Positions 23,995 to 35,373 of a stretch of 64,000 nucleotides of DNA are shown here, in pieces. The notes beneath the pieces were generated by a model, which was not told where the DNA came from, did no database searches, and saw only the letters and a program-made list of their open reading frames with translations. Source of the stretch: Squalus acanthias (lineage: Eukaryota); assembly GCA_030390025.1 (NCBI GenBank), contig CM059433.1:30568001-30632000 (forward strand), given 5' to 3'. Numbering within the stretch: the first letter of the stretch is position 1; each line of letters starts with the position of its first letter. The translations under genes were made by a program, and so were the position numbers.

Positions 23995-25028
23995 TTTTCT
24001 GCACCAATTCTTTATAATATAGTCATAATTTTATGAATTCATTTCATGATTAAACATAGAACCAATGAATATTGATTGAGCAATGCTAGCTAATTTATAG
24101 TTATGTCAGCTGTGGCTCAGTGAGTAGCACCTTTGCCTCTGAGTCAGAAGGTTGTGGATTCGGGTCCCACTCCAGAGACTTGAGCACAAAAATCTAGGCT
24201 AACACTTCAGTGCAGTGCTGAGGGAGTGCTGCACTGTCGGAGGTGCCGTCTTTCAGATGAGACGTTAAACTGAGGCCCCGTCTGCTCCCTCAGGTGGACA
24301 TAAAAGATCCCATGGCACTATTGCGAAGAAGAGCAGGGGAGTTATCCCCAGGTGTCCTGGCCTATATTTATCCATCAATCAACATAACTATAAAACAGAT
24401 TATCGGGTCATTATCACATTGCTTTTTGTAGAAGCTTGCTGTGTGCATATTGGCTGCATACATTACAACAGTGACTACACTTCAAAAAGTATCTCATTGG
24501 CTGTAAAGCGCTTTGTGATGTCTGGTGGTCGTGAAAGGTGCTATAGAAATGCACATCTTTCCTTCTTTCTATATATTTATAACTATCATAAGTTGGGCTC
24601 AGCTTTTGGGGAAACACTTCATCCAATGGTGCCAATGTATGTTACTTTATACCAAATGTAGACACAAAATTTTTAAAAATGGGATGAATTTTATGTATGG
24701 GAAAAGGTTAATAAAACTGGAGGTAGTGTCATGACAGACAAGAGGTGATGCGTTGAGTAGTAATGTCATGACATCATAAAAATGCCAAGATTTTTAAGTG
24801 TTGCGGCTGTTATAGTGGAGAGCATCTTACTTCACTGTAAACCCCTTACGGGTAGAGAACTTTCCCTTTTGAAAAAAGCCAGCACATATTAGGATTCCAT
24901 ACAGAATTAAATGTAGTCCATGGTATAAATAACTAGCATTGCTCAATCAATATTCATTGGTTCTATACTAACTCATAAAATGTATTCATAAAATTATGAA
25001 TAGATTATAAAGAATCAGTACAGATAAG
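23995..25028. repeat. About 105 bp AT-rich inverted repeat pair (23995-24099 and 24924-25028)
   Basis: tagaaccaatgaatattgattgagcaatgctag is matched by its exact reverse complement ctagcattgctcaatcaatattcattggttcta; similarity extends over about 105 bp. Confidence 0.8.
24104..24570 (+). mobile_element. Full-length Deu-type SINE
   Basis: Same family as 17216-17685. Confidence 0.85.
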
Positions 25029-25039
25029 GCTGACACAGG

Positions 25040-25220
25040 TTCTCTTTCCTCCCCTCCCCTCTTTCCCTACCTCTGCACTTACTTGAAACCTGATACATCT
25101 CTAACATTTTCCAATTCTGACGAAAGGTCATCAACCTGAAACGTTAACTCTGTTTCTCTCTCCACAGATGCTGTCTGACCTGCTGAGTTTTTCCAGAATT
25201 TTCTATTTTTATTTCAGATT
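25040..25220 (+). mobile_element. Penelope 3' fragment with hammerhead motif (25113-25149)
   Basis: aatt-CTGACGA-a-aggtc-atc-aacct-GAAA-CGTT-aact; homologous to the 3' part of 6222-6891. Confidence 0.75.
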
Positions 25221-25803
25221 CTGCTGCTGAAATCCTCATCCATGCCTTTTTACCTCCAGACTCAACTATTCCAATGCTCTCCTTGCGGGCCTCCCACCTT
25301 GCACCCTCTGTAAACTTCAGCTCATCTAAAACGCTGCTGCCTGTATCCTAACTGACTGTTCACCCATCACTCCTGTGCTCACTGACCTACATTGGCTGCC
25401 AGTCTACCAATGCCTCAAATTTAAAATTCTCGTCCTTGTTTTGAAATCCCTCCCTATCTCTGTAATCGCCTCCAGCCCAACAACCCTCCGAGATCTCTGA
25501 GCTCCTCCAATTCTGTCCCCTTGCACATCTCCAATTTTAATCATCCCACCATTGGCGGCCGTGCCTTCAGCTGCCTCGGCCCCAAGCTCTGGAATCCCCT
25601 CCCTAAACCTCTCCCCCTCTCCACCTCTCTCTCCTCCTTTAAGACGCTCCTTAAAACCTACCTCTTTGACCCAGCTTTTGTTCATCTGTCCAAATATCTC
25701 CTTATGTGGCTCAGTGTCAAATTTTGTCTGATAATGCTCCTGTGAAGCGCCTTGGGACGTTTTACTACATTAAAGCCGCTATATAAATGCAAGTTATTGT
25801 TGT
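25221..25803 (+). mobile_element. L2 LINE 3' fragment
   Basis: GGRAFSCLGPKLWN peptide and tataaatgcaagttattgtt tail. Confidence 0.82.
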
Positions 25804-25829
25804 GAGAATAAAACTCAAGCCTCTTTGCT

Positions 25830-26115
25830 CTAAAGAAAAAAGAAAGAACTTGCATTTATATAGCGCCTTTCACAACCTCAGCCAATGAAGTACTTTTGGA
25901 GTGTAGTGACTGTTGTAATGTAGGAAACACAGCAGCTAATTTGCACATAGCAAGGTCCCACGAACAGCAATGTGATCAATGACCAGATAATCTGATTTAG
26001 TGATGTTGGTTGAGGGATAAATTATGGGCCAGGACAGCAGGGAGAACTTCCCTGCTCTTCTTCGGAATAGTGCCGTGGGATCTTTTACATCCACCTGAGA
26101 GGGCAGACGGAGCCT
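25830..26115 (-). mobile_element. Deu-type SINE, 3' half
   Basis: Reverse complement of the family core and tail. Confidence 0.75.
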
Positions 26116-26685
26116 TACAGTCTCAGAACTTAACAAGTGCAAGGCACATATTAAAAAAAAAACTTTTATCAAATTGACCATTAACATTTAATGCAAAAAT
26201 AATGGGCAGCCTACATTTGAAATGCAGATCATCTTGATTAACACTCTCAGTTAACTTTCTTTAAAGGGTGTAAACTGTCCTCAGCAGTGTAAAATCTGGT
26301 AGCCTGTGATAGCCGAAAAGGTTTGCATGTCGGGAGATCTGTTTATAAGAAGTTTATTAAAGATTAATGTCAGACATACACGTGGTTTTATTTATCATGT
26401 TTCAAAATGGCGGTCAGATGTGTGAAAACAGTAAAGTGACAGTAATACACTCCAAATCACCTTCAGAAGGCGCAGGTCTCGAAGAAGCACCTTTCATTTT
26501 GTTTAACATGTTCGCATCAGGCTGCTGGTCACATTTGATCTAGGTGTGAATTGCATTGGGTATTTATAACTACTGCAAACTAGGATGGGGAAGGTTGTCC
26601 ACAACTGCAGTGGTTCTTAAGCTGTAGACACTGAATTTTTAAAGCAGCTACGTTGCTTATTGTTAATAATCATAAAAAATAAAAT

Positions 26686-27562
26686 GGGGGAGAAATTCGG
26701 TATCGCCCTGTTTGGGGCGCAAAGTTTAGCGCCTGGCGCTAATTATCACCTCCGACTGCAAACTTGGCTTCTATCGCCCCTGGAGGTGATTGGAGCGCTA
26801 AATCAGGTGCTACACACCTCTCTTAAGGCACTAACGCTGAGAAGCGAGGCGCTACCTCAGAGCACTGGCGAAGCTCATGTGATGTCAATCAGCAATGGAA
26901 CACAGACACACTGGCGCCGGCCAGTTCTTAAAGGGGAGGGTCGATCTTGCTCTCCATCCACACACTGCTCATTGCAGCCTTGAAGCTCAGTCTGGAGAGA
27001 CCTGTACATCAAATCTGCTGGAAAGAACAATGGAGTGGCCCAGGGAAAGAGCTCAGAGGGAACAGCCCCCAGTCTCTTCTAAATCGATGCAAGGAAGGTC
27101 AAATTAAAATGAACCTGCAAAGTGCTGCTCAGTACTCAAAACTCCTTCACACAGCGTTGAATCTCTCCAGAAGTCTCTCTCTCTCTCTCTCAGAATGTGT
27201 GGTGCAAAAATGTCGCCGACAAAAAAAGGCAGGAAGCGGTCGCCTTTAAATAGCGCTCCCCCAGTCCCTTCCCGACTGCAAAACGTTCCCCTTAATCTGT
27301 CGTTGCTAGCGGCAGGCGGAAAGGCAGGGGGCACCACTCAATATCTGGTCTGGGGCGATACCGGGGCGTTGCATGCTCGACTGATGTCACGATATGCGGG
27401 CGCAGGAGATCATGGCAGTAGTGTTTAGCGCTGCCGCAAAATGTCTGGTGAATTTCGCGAGCGGTGCAAACATCACCGCGCCCGGGCGCCAGTTGCTTTG
27501 CACCCCAGTAGCGACCTCTTAGGGCGCTAACGGGAGGCGCAAAGCAACCGAATTTTCCCCCC
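26686..27562. mobile_element. Harbinger-type MITE
   Basis: TIRs GGGGGAGAAATTCGGT / ACCGAATTTTCCCCCC; repeated agcgcc motifs; related to 19502-20274. No TSD evident. Confidence 0.75.
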
Positions 27563-27570
27563 TCTGTTTC

Positions 27571-27948
27571 TAACCCTAACCACTAACTCCTAACCCTAAC
27601 CATTAACCCAATCACTAACCCTAACCACTATCTCCTAACCACTATCTCCTAACCACTATCTCCTAACCACTATCTCCTAACACTAACTCTTAATGCTAAG
27701 CACTAACCCTATTCCTAATCACTAACCCAACCACTAACCCTAGCCCCAACCCTAAGCACGAACATTAAACCTAACCACGATCTCCTAACCACTAACACTA
27801 GCCCTAACCCTAACCACTAACTCTAACCCCAACATTAACCCATAACCCCAACCATTAACCTTATCCTAACGACTAACTGAACCACCAACCCTAATCCTAA
27901 CCACTAATACTAAGCCTAACCACAAAATGCTCACCACTAACCCCAACC
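27571..27948 (+). repeat. Degenerate telomere-like (CCCTAA)n array
   Basis: Many TAACCC/TAACCA variants, with an internal 14-mer ctaaccactatctc repeated about four times. Confidence 0.8.
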
Positions 27949-28585
27949 ATTTGAGCTGGATATCTGTCTCTTTTGCACATGGTCCCACAGCCTCTCCCAA
28001 GCTTGTTGAAGGCGTTCCAAGATATCAGCTGGTGATATGAGGCCAGATGCAACTTGTTCATCTGCTTTATTTCACAATAAGTGAACACACAGAGCAATAG
28101 TCATGATCAGACTCACATCAGTGCCACTTGCTTTCGCATAATAAAATAAAAATAATGAAGGTACTACATTTCCCCACATCACTGTGCTGCCTTGCTTCAT
28201 TTAAACAAAATAACTCCTATCTAGCCTCCTGAATTGTTCTTCTGAGCTTGCCCTCACTGATTTCTGTTTGAAAAAGCCTGACTGACTTTGTAGCCTTTGA
28301 TAGGCCGGACTGACCATCTGAGAATCTGCTGCGATTTTTAAGTCCCCTGTGTTCACAGCCAGAAGGAAAGGCCTGTGGAGAAGGTCTGCGATACAGCCCC
28401 TGATCTGCTCCCAGGAGCAGAGACTTCCCAACACAATGGCTATGAGGTGTTTTTTTTTCCATTATGAAGACAAGCTAAAGAGTGCTTACTGTTTATCCTA
28501 TGAGGGACAATGAGTAAACTACCACGTTTCATCTCAGTATTTTTTTCAAAAAATGTGCGTGAATACACTTTGCTTTAATACCCTG

Positions 28586-28965
28586 ACAACAATAACATTA
28601 ACTTGCATTTATATAGTGCCTTTAATGTAGTAAAACGCACAGGAGCGTAATCAGACAAAATTTGACACCGAGCCACATAAGCCACGTCCCTGGCCATAAA
28701 GGAGGAGAGAGAGATAGAGAGGTGGCGAGGATTAGGGAGGGAATTCCAGAGCTTAGGGCCTAGGCAGCTGAAGGCACAGCTGGTGGAGTGATGAAAATCG
28801 GGGATGCGCAAGAGGTCAGAATTGGAGGAGCGCAGAGATCTCGGGAGTTGTAGGGCTGGAGGAGGTTACAGAGATAGGGAGGGGCGAGGCCATGGAGGGA
28901 TTTGAAAACAAGGATGAATTTTTTTTTAAATCGAGGTGTTGCCGGACCTTGCCAATATAGGTCAG
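28586..28965 (-). mobile_element. L2 LINE 3' fragment
   Basis: FILVFKSLHGLAPPYL peptide plus L2 tail. Confidence 0.8.
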
Positions 28966-29910
28966 GGAGCACATTTAAAGGTAACTCTTTTTACCTTCCT
29001 TCCAAATCCTTTCCGTGGAAAAATGGCCCAAGAAAAAAATCCTGCAATGCGACAGACAGTAGTGAGAATACTGACCATTTCCCTCCGCTGGCCATTCAGG
29101 GACTGTGAAGCTAATTATGATGCCCCAATTGCCATGCCACTTTACAAGAGTTACTCCTCACAGATTTAGGAATTGAATCTCATTCCTTCTTGATTGGCAT
29201 TTCAAAATATTACACTGGGCAATGGGTTGTCCTTATTAGGGGAGCTGGGTGATTACTTGATGATCCCTTGCAAAGTTGTTAACAGATTATGAAGTTTACA
29301 AAACTCAAATCTGTTATACAATGAGAGTAGTGCTGAGCTACAACTCCCGGAGAGAGTTTTTAAATACGAGAATGACGTTGTTCATCAGGCTTACAGTGGA
29401 CGTTTCAGAAACTATATGGAACTTAGCACTGAATAAAAGTCTCTGGTGTAAAGAAAGATGATGTGTTTCACTCAGCCTCTCTCTTGATGGACTCATTAAA
29501 AGCCTGATACTTTCAGGTCAGTTCCTTCAAGAATGCTAACTCACAACCATTAGAAACCCTCCACTACAGAAGGATTGACCGAGTGATATCATTGGGGAGT
29601 GCAGGCGCTTTCTGTGCAAACAAAATGCTCGCACTTAAAAAGGGAAGCTGTATGCTAGCTTTATCACATCTATTTTTATGCAATTCTAAAGACAAAAGAG
29701 TGAAATGCTATCCCAATTGGATGTTGTTTATTGCATCGAGTGTTTGCTTAAGTGGGTCACTACCTGCCAAATCCAACTTTTGTTTAAAAAGAGTAGAACT
29801 TTTTCCAGGACCACTTTTTAGAGAGAAAATACCAGCATTTATTCCATTCTCGAACTTGACTCCTACCAAGGTAAGAGGAAGGAATTTCTGTGATGTTGTG
29901 GAGGTACATG

Positions 29911-32900
29911 GAAAGAGAAAGAGCGAGAGAGGGGAGGGAGAAAGAGGGGAAGGAGAGAGAGAGGAGGGAGAGACAGAGGGGAGGGAGAGAGAGGGGAGGA
30001 GAGAGAGGGGAGGGAGAGAGAAGGGAAGGAGAGAGAGGGGAGGGAGAGAGAGGAGAGGGAGAGAGAGGGGAAGGAGAGAGAGAGGGGAGGGAGAGAGGAG
30101 AGAGAGAGAGAGAGGGGAGGGAGAGAGGAGGGAGAGAGAGAGGGGAGGGAGAGAGAGAGAGGGGCGGGAGAGAGAAGGGAAGGAGAGAGGGGGAGGGAGA
30201 GAGAGGAGAGGGAGAGAGAGGGGAAGGAGAGAGAGAGGGGAGGGAGAGAGGAGAGAGAGAGAGGGGAGGGAGAGAGGAGGGAGAGAGAGGGGGGAGGGAG
30301 AGAGAGAGGGGCGGGAGAGAGAGAGAGGGGAGGGAGAGAGAGGGGGAGGGAGAGAGGGGAGGGAAAGAGAGGGGAAGGAGAGAGAGGGGAGGGAGAGAGG
30401 AGGGTGAGAGAGAGAGGGGAGGGAGAGAGGGGAGGGAGAGAGAGAGGGGAGGGAGAGATGGGAGGGAGGAAGTGAGGGGAGGGAGAGAGAGAGGGGAGGG
30501 AGAGAGAGAGAGAGAGAGAGAGGGGAGAGAGAGAGAGAGAGGGGAGGGAGAGAGAGAGAGGGGAGGGAGAGAGATGGGAAGGAGGGAGAGAGGGGAGGGA
30601 GGGAGAGAGGGGAGGGAGAGAGAGAGGGGAGGGAGGGAGAGAGGGGAGGGAGGGAGAGAGGGGAGGGAGGGAGAGAGGAGGGTGTGAGAGAGAGGGAGGG
30701 AGAGAGGGGAGGGAGAGAGGGAGGGAGAGAGAGAGGGGAGGGAGGAGGGAGGGAGGGCGAGAGGGAGGAGAGAAAAGGGGGAGGAGGAGAGGGTAGGAGG
30801 AGAGAGGGGAGGAGAGAGTGAGGGAGGGAGAGAGGGGAGGGAGGAGAGAGGGGGAGGGAGGAGGAGGGAGAGAGGAGAGAGATGGGGGAGGAGAGAGGGC
30901 AGGGAGAGAGGGGGAGGGAGAGAGAGGAGGGAGAGCGGGGAGGAGAGAGAGAGAGAGAGGGGAGGGAGCGAGGAGGGAGGGGAGAGAGAGAGGAGAGGGG
31001 AGGGAGAGAGCGGGGGAGGAGAGAGGGAGAGAGAGGGGGGAGAGGAGAGAGGAGAGAGAGAGGAGAGGAGGGAGCGAGAGAGAGATGGGAGGGAGAGAGA
31101 GAAATGGGAGGAGAGGGAGAGGGGGAGGGAGAGAGAGGAGGGGAGAGAGAGAGAGAGAGAGGGAGCGAGAGAGAGAAACGGGAGGGAGAGAGGGAGGGAG
31201 GGAGAGAGGGGGGAGGGAGAGAGGGGAGGGAGAGAGAGAAACGGGAGGGAGAGAGGGGAGGGAGAGAGAGAGGGGGGGAGGGAGAGAGGGGGGAGGGAGA
31301 GAGAGAGGGAGGAAGAGACGGGAGGGATGGAGAGAGAGGGGAGAGAGAGAGGGGGAGGGAGGGAGAGAAACGGGAGAGAGAGAGGGGAGAGAGGGAGAGA
31401 AACGGGAGAGAGAGAGGGGAGGGAGGGAGAGAGGGGAGGGAGGGGAGGGAGAGAGAGGGGAGGAGAGAGAGAGGGGAGGGAGAGAGGAGGGAGCGAGAGA
31501 GAGAAATGGGAGGGAGAGAGAGAAATGGGAGGGAGAGAGGGAGCGGAGGGAGAGGGAGAGAGGGGAGGGAGAGAGGAGGGAGACCGAGAGAGAGAGGGGG
31601 AGGGAGAGAAATGGGAGGGAAAGGGAGGGGGGTGGGGTAGAGAGGGGGAGGGAGAGAGAGGGGAGGGAGAGGGGAGGGAGAGAGAGAGAGAGGGGGAGGG
31701 AGCGAGGAGGGAGGGAGAGAGAGAGAGAGAGGGGAGGGAGAGAGAGAGAGAGGGGAGGGAGAGAGAGAGAGGGGAGGGAGAGAGAGAGAGAGGGGAGGGA
31801 GAGAGGAGGGAGAGAGAGAGAGGGGAGGGAGAGAGAGAGAGAGGGGGGAGGGGGAGAGAGAGAGGGGGAGGGAGAGAGGAGGGAGAGAGAGGGGAGGGAG
31901 AGAGAGGAGAGGAGAGAGAGAGAGAGGGGGAGGGGAGAGAGAGAGGAGGGGAGGAGAGAGGAGGGGAGGGAGAGAGGAGGGAGAGAGAGAGGGGAGGAGA
32001 GAGAGGGAGGGAGAGAGAGAGAGAGGGGAGGGAGAGAGAGGGGAGGGAGAGAGGAGGGAATGAGAGAGAGAGAGGGGAGGAGAGAGAGAGAGAGGGGGAG
32101 GGGGAGAGAGAGGGGAGGGAGAGAGAGGGGAGGGAGAGAGGAGGGAATGAGAGAGAGAGAGGGGAGGGAAAGAGAGAGAGGGGAGGGAGAGAAACGGGAG
32201 GGAAAGGGAGAGGGGAGGGAGAGGGGGAGGGAGGGAGAGAGAGAGAGCAAGAGAGAGAGGGGAGGGAGAGAGAGAGGGGTAAGGAGAGAGAGAGAAATGG
32301 GAGGACAGGGAGAGTGGGGGGGAGGGAGAGAGGGGGAGGGAGAGAGAGAGGGGAGCGAGAGAGAGAAACGGGAGGGAGGGAGAGAAACGGTAGAAAGAGA
32401 GGGGAGGGGGGGAGGGAGAGAGGGGGGGAGGGAGAGAGAGAGGGAGGAAGAGACGGGAGGGATGGAGAGAGGGGGAGGGAGGGAGAGAAACGGGAGAGAG
32501 AGGGGAGGGAGGGAGAGAAACGGGAGAGAGAGAGGGGAGGGAGGGAGAGAGGGGGGGAGGGAGAGAGGGGGGAGGGAGAGAGAGAGGGAGGAAGAGATGG
32601 GAGGGATGGAGAGAGGGGGAGGGAGGGAAAGCGAGGGGGGAGGGAGGGAAAGCGAGGAGGGAGGGAGAGAGGGGAGGGATGGAGAGAGAGGGGGGGAGGG
32701 AGAGAGAGGGGAGGGAGGGAGAGAGGGGGGAGGGAGGGAGAGAGGGGAGGGATGGAGAGAGAGGGGAGGGAGGGAGAGAGAGGGGAGGGAGGGAGAGAGA
32801 GGGGAGGGAGGGAGAGAGGGTGAGGGAGGGAGAGAGGGAGATAGGGGAAGGAGAGAGGGGAGGGAAGGAGAGAGGGGAGGGAGGGAGAGAGGGGAGGGAG

Positions 32901-33462
32901 AGAGGGGAGGGAGAGAGGGGAGGGAGAGAGGGGAGGGAGAGAGGGGAGGGAGGAGACAGAGGGGAGGGAGGGAGAGGGGAGGGAGGGAGAGAGGGGGAGG
33001 GAGAGAGAGAGAGAGGAAGGAGCGAGATGGAGCAAGAGGGGAGGGAGAGAGAGAGGGAGCGAGAGAGAGGGAGAGAGAGGGGGCAGGAGGGAGAGAGAGG
33101 GGAGGGATGAGGAGAGAGAGGGAGGGAGAGAGAGGGAGGGAGGGAGAGAGAGGGGAGGGAGGGAGAGAGAGGGGAGGGAGGGAGAGAGGGAGGAGGAGGG
33201 GAGGGAGAGGGGAGAGATGGGGGAGGGAGAGACAGGGATGGAGAGAGGGGGATGGAGAGAGTGGGAGGGATGGAGAGAGAGAGGGGAGGGAGGGAGAGAG
33301 AAAGGGGAGGGAGAGAGGGGGAGGGATGGAGTGGGAGAGGGGAGGGAGGGAGAGAGAAAGGGGAGGGAGGGAGAGGGGAGGGAGGGAGAGAGGGGGGCGG
33401 ATGGAGGGAGAGAGGAGGGAGAGGGGAGGAAGCGAGAGGGGAAGGAGAGAGAGGGGAGGGAG
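29911..33462. repeat. About 3.55 kb polypurine (G/A) low-complexity tract
   Basis: Almost entirely G and A on the plus strand, built from GGGA/GA units with recurring gagagaaacggga and gggatggaga variants. Confidence 0.95.
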
Positions 33463-33857
33463 GCCATGTACAACTAATGGAGGTGGATCAGTGTTTGGAA
33501 ATTTAGTTTAAAATATATATTTCTATTCCAGATTGATACGGAGAATCACAGTTATTTAGAACTCCCTTAACGAGAATTGAATAGAAATAATATTTTTAGC
33601 GCAACTGTTCATGATGAACAGACTCCCTTCTATATTATTTTCACTTTTATTTGACTGTGAGACCTCACTGATTCCTACCATGTGACCCAATATATGCACA
33701 AGTGTCCTAAGCACAGATGCAAGATTGTCAGAAAAACACAAATGAAAGCAAGGGCTTCTATTGAATAAAGATTGGAATAGCTACACCAGCAATTCTGAGG
33801 AGCGTGAAATAAAAGTAAATAAAACAGAACGTATATCACTCGCCACCAAACATGGTG

Positions 33858-34302
33858 TCCCATTCACCCATCATGCCTGTGCTCGCTGACCTACATTGAC
33901 TCCCTGTCGCACAATGGTTCGATTTTAAAATTCTCATCCTTGTCTTAAAATCCCTCCATGGCCTCACCCCTCCTTATCTTTGTAACCTCTTTCAGCCCGA
34001 CATCCCTCCGAGATATCTGCGCTCCTCCAATTCTGGCTCTTGCACATCCTCGATTTCACTCCACCATTGGAGGCCATGCCTTAAGCTGCCTAGGCATTAA
34101 GCACTGGAATTCCCTCCCTAAACTTCTCCGCCTCTCTACCACTCTCCTCCTTTAAGACGCTCTTTAAAAGCTACCTCTTGGTCACCTGTCCTAATATCTC
34201 CTTATGTGGCTCAGTGTCAAATTTTGTTTGATAAAACGCTCCTGTGAAGCACCTTGGGATGTTTTACTACATTAAAGGTGTTATATAAATGCAAGTTGTT
34301 GT
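33858..34302 (+). mobile_element. L2 LINE 3' fragment
   Basis: cccatcatgcctgtgctcgctgacctacattg...tataaatgcaagttgttg. Confidence 0.8.
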
Positions 34303-34776
34303 ATTTATAAGCCCCAACAACTTATCTCGATCCATCTCCCGTGTGATATTTAGTACTCAGCAAAAGGGAGTAGCTTAACCCTAGCTGATTTACCCAGTTA
34401 CTAGCCCAGGGCCATGAAGGCCAATTCCAATGCCTCACCCCATACCTCCATACCCCTATCCCAGAACCCCACACCATCCCCCCACCTCTAACATTGACTA
34501 ACTCAGTGCAGATCATCAATCTAGACCCACAACCCTTGTTTAACCATTCCATCAAATCAAAAATCTGACTGTCGTTTTATTTTTCAAAATCTGAAGTGCC
34601 CATCAGGAACAGACACTGGACTTTGCCCAATCTACACAGGAAGGACTTCCACGTGGGCATACTTAAACAGCAATAATTATAGACAGGGAGCTTGAGGTGT
34701 TCTTGAGGCAGAACCGAAAGTAGCGACAGAAAGGATCATAATCAATCACCACAGCTGGAGTCACTTCACACTGTAC

Positions 34777-34973
34777 CTGCAAGAAGCCTCGTTCAATAAA
34801 GAGCTTAATGAAGAAAAATTCAGCTGCTCCGTAGCTCTGTTGTGCGTAGATAAGTGTTCCATGTGAGTTGTAAGTTTGGAATCGAACCGAGATGTTGTTC
34901 CTGGGCAGTAACTGGAAACCCAAAAACTCCAAGTGCGAATTCCCGTAATATTGAGCATAACTGAAATAGTAAC
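34777..34973 (-). CDS. EYS: EYS coding exon (197 nt), start of a laminin-G domain
   Basis: Acceptor ccgttcacag|GT and donor TTGCAG|gtacag. Translates GYYFSYAQYYGNSHLEFLGFQLLPRNNISVRFQTYNSHGTLIYAQQSYGAAEFFFIKLFIERGFLQ, resembling human EYS LamG1 as recalled (YYGDSYLEF...NNISLEFQT...FFIQLFIENG). Phase 1 to phase 0. Confidence 0.93.
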
Positions 34974-35373
34974 CTGTGAACGGTGGGAGAGAGAGAGACA
35001 CAATCAGTGAGACAAATTTGTCTTGTTTTCATGAGAAATGAAAGAAGATGTTGAATCTTTCATTGTAAATGGGCTCCAGATGTTTCGAGTAAGGCATCCT
35101 GTTTCACTGCTACTTGTTTTGGGCTCCAAGGTTTATTATACAAGAAAAACATGACTGGAAAATAGGAATTGCAGGATTAAAAAAGACCAAGGTCCATCTC
35201 GTTCGCCTTCTACCATCCCGGTAATTGCAAATGTCGCAAATTACTCATATACTGTATCCCAAATTAATATTTTCTGAAAGAAATGTAATATGCATTTGAA
35301 TTAATCAATACTCCCAAGGGATCCTGTTCCATAGATTGACCACTCGCTCAATGAAATAATGTTTCCACAGATT

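Noticed and set aside
29583..33511. Very long ORFs (1229, 897, 795, 498 aa) rich in S/L/P or R/E/G
   Set aside because: By-product of the GA/CT tract, which has almost no stop codons in any frame; no domain content. Not the EYS mucin-like exon.
34320..34560. Faint resemblance to an ancient LF-SINE-like repeat next to the 197 nt exon
   Set aside because: Too degenerate to support by eye; needs an nhmmer search against Dfam.
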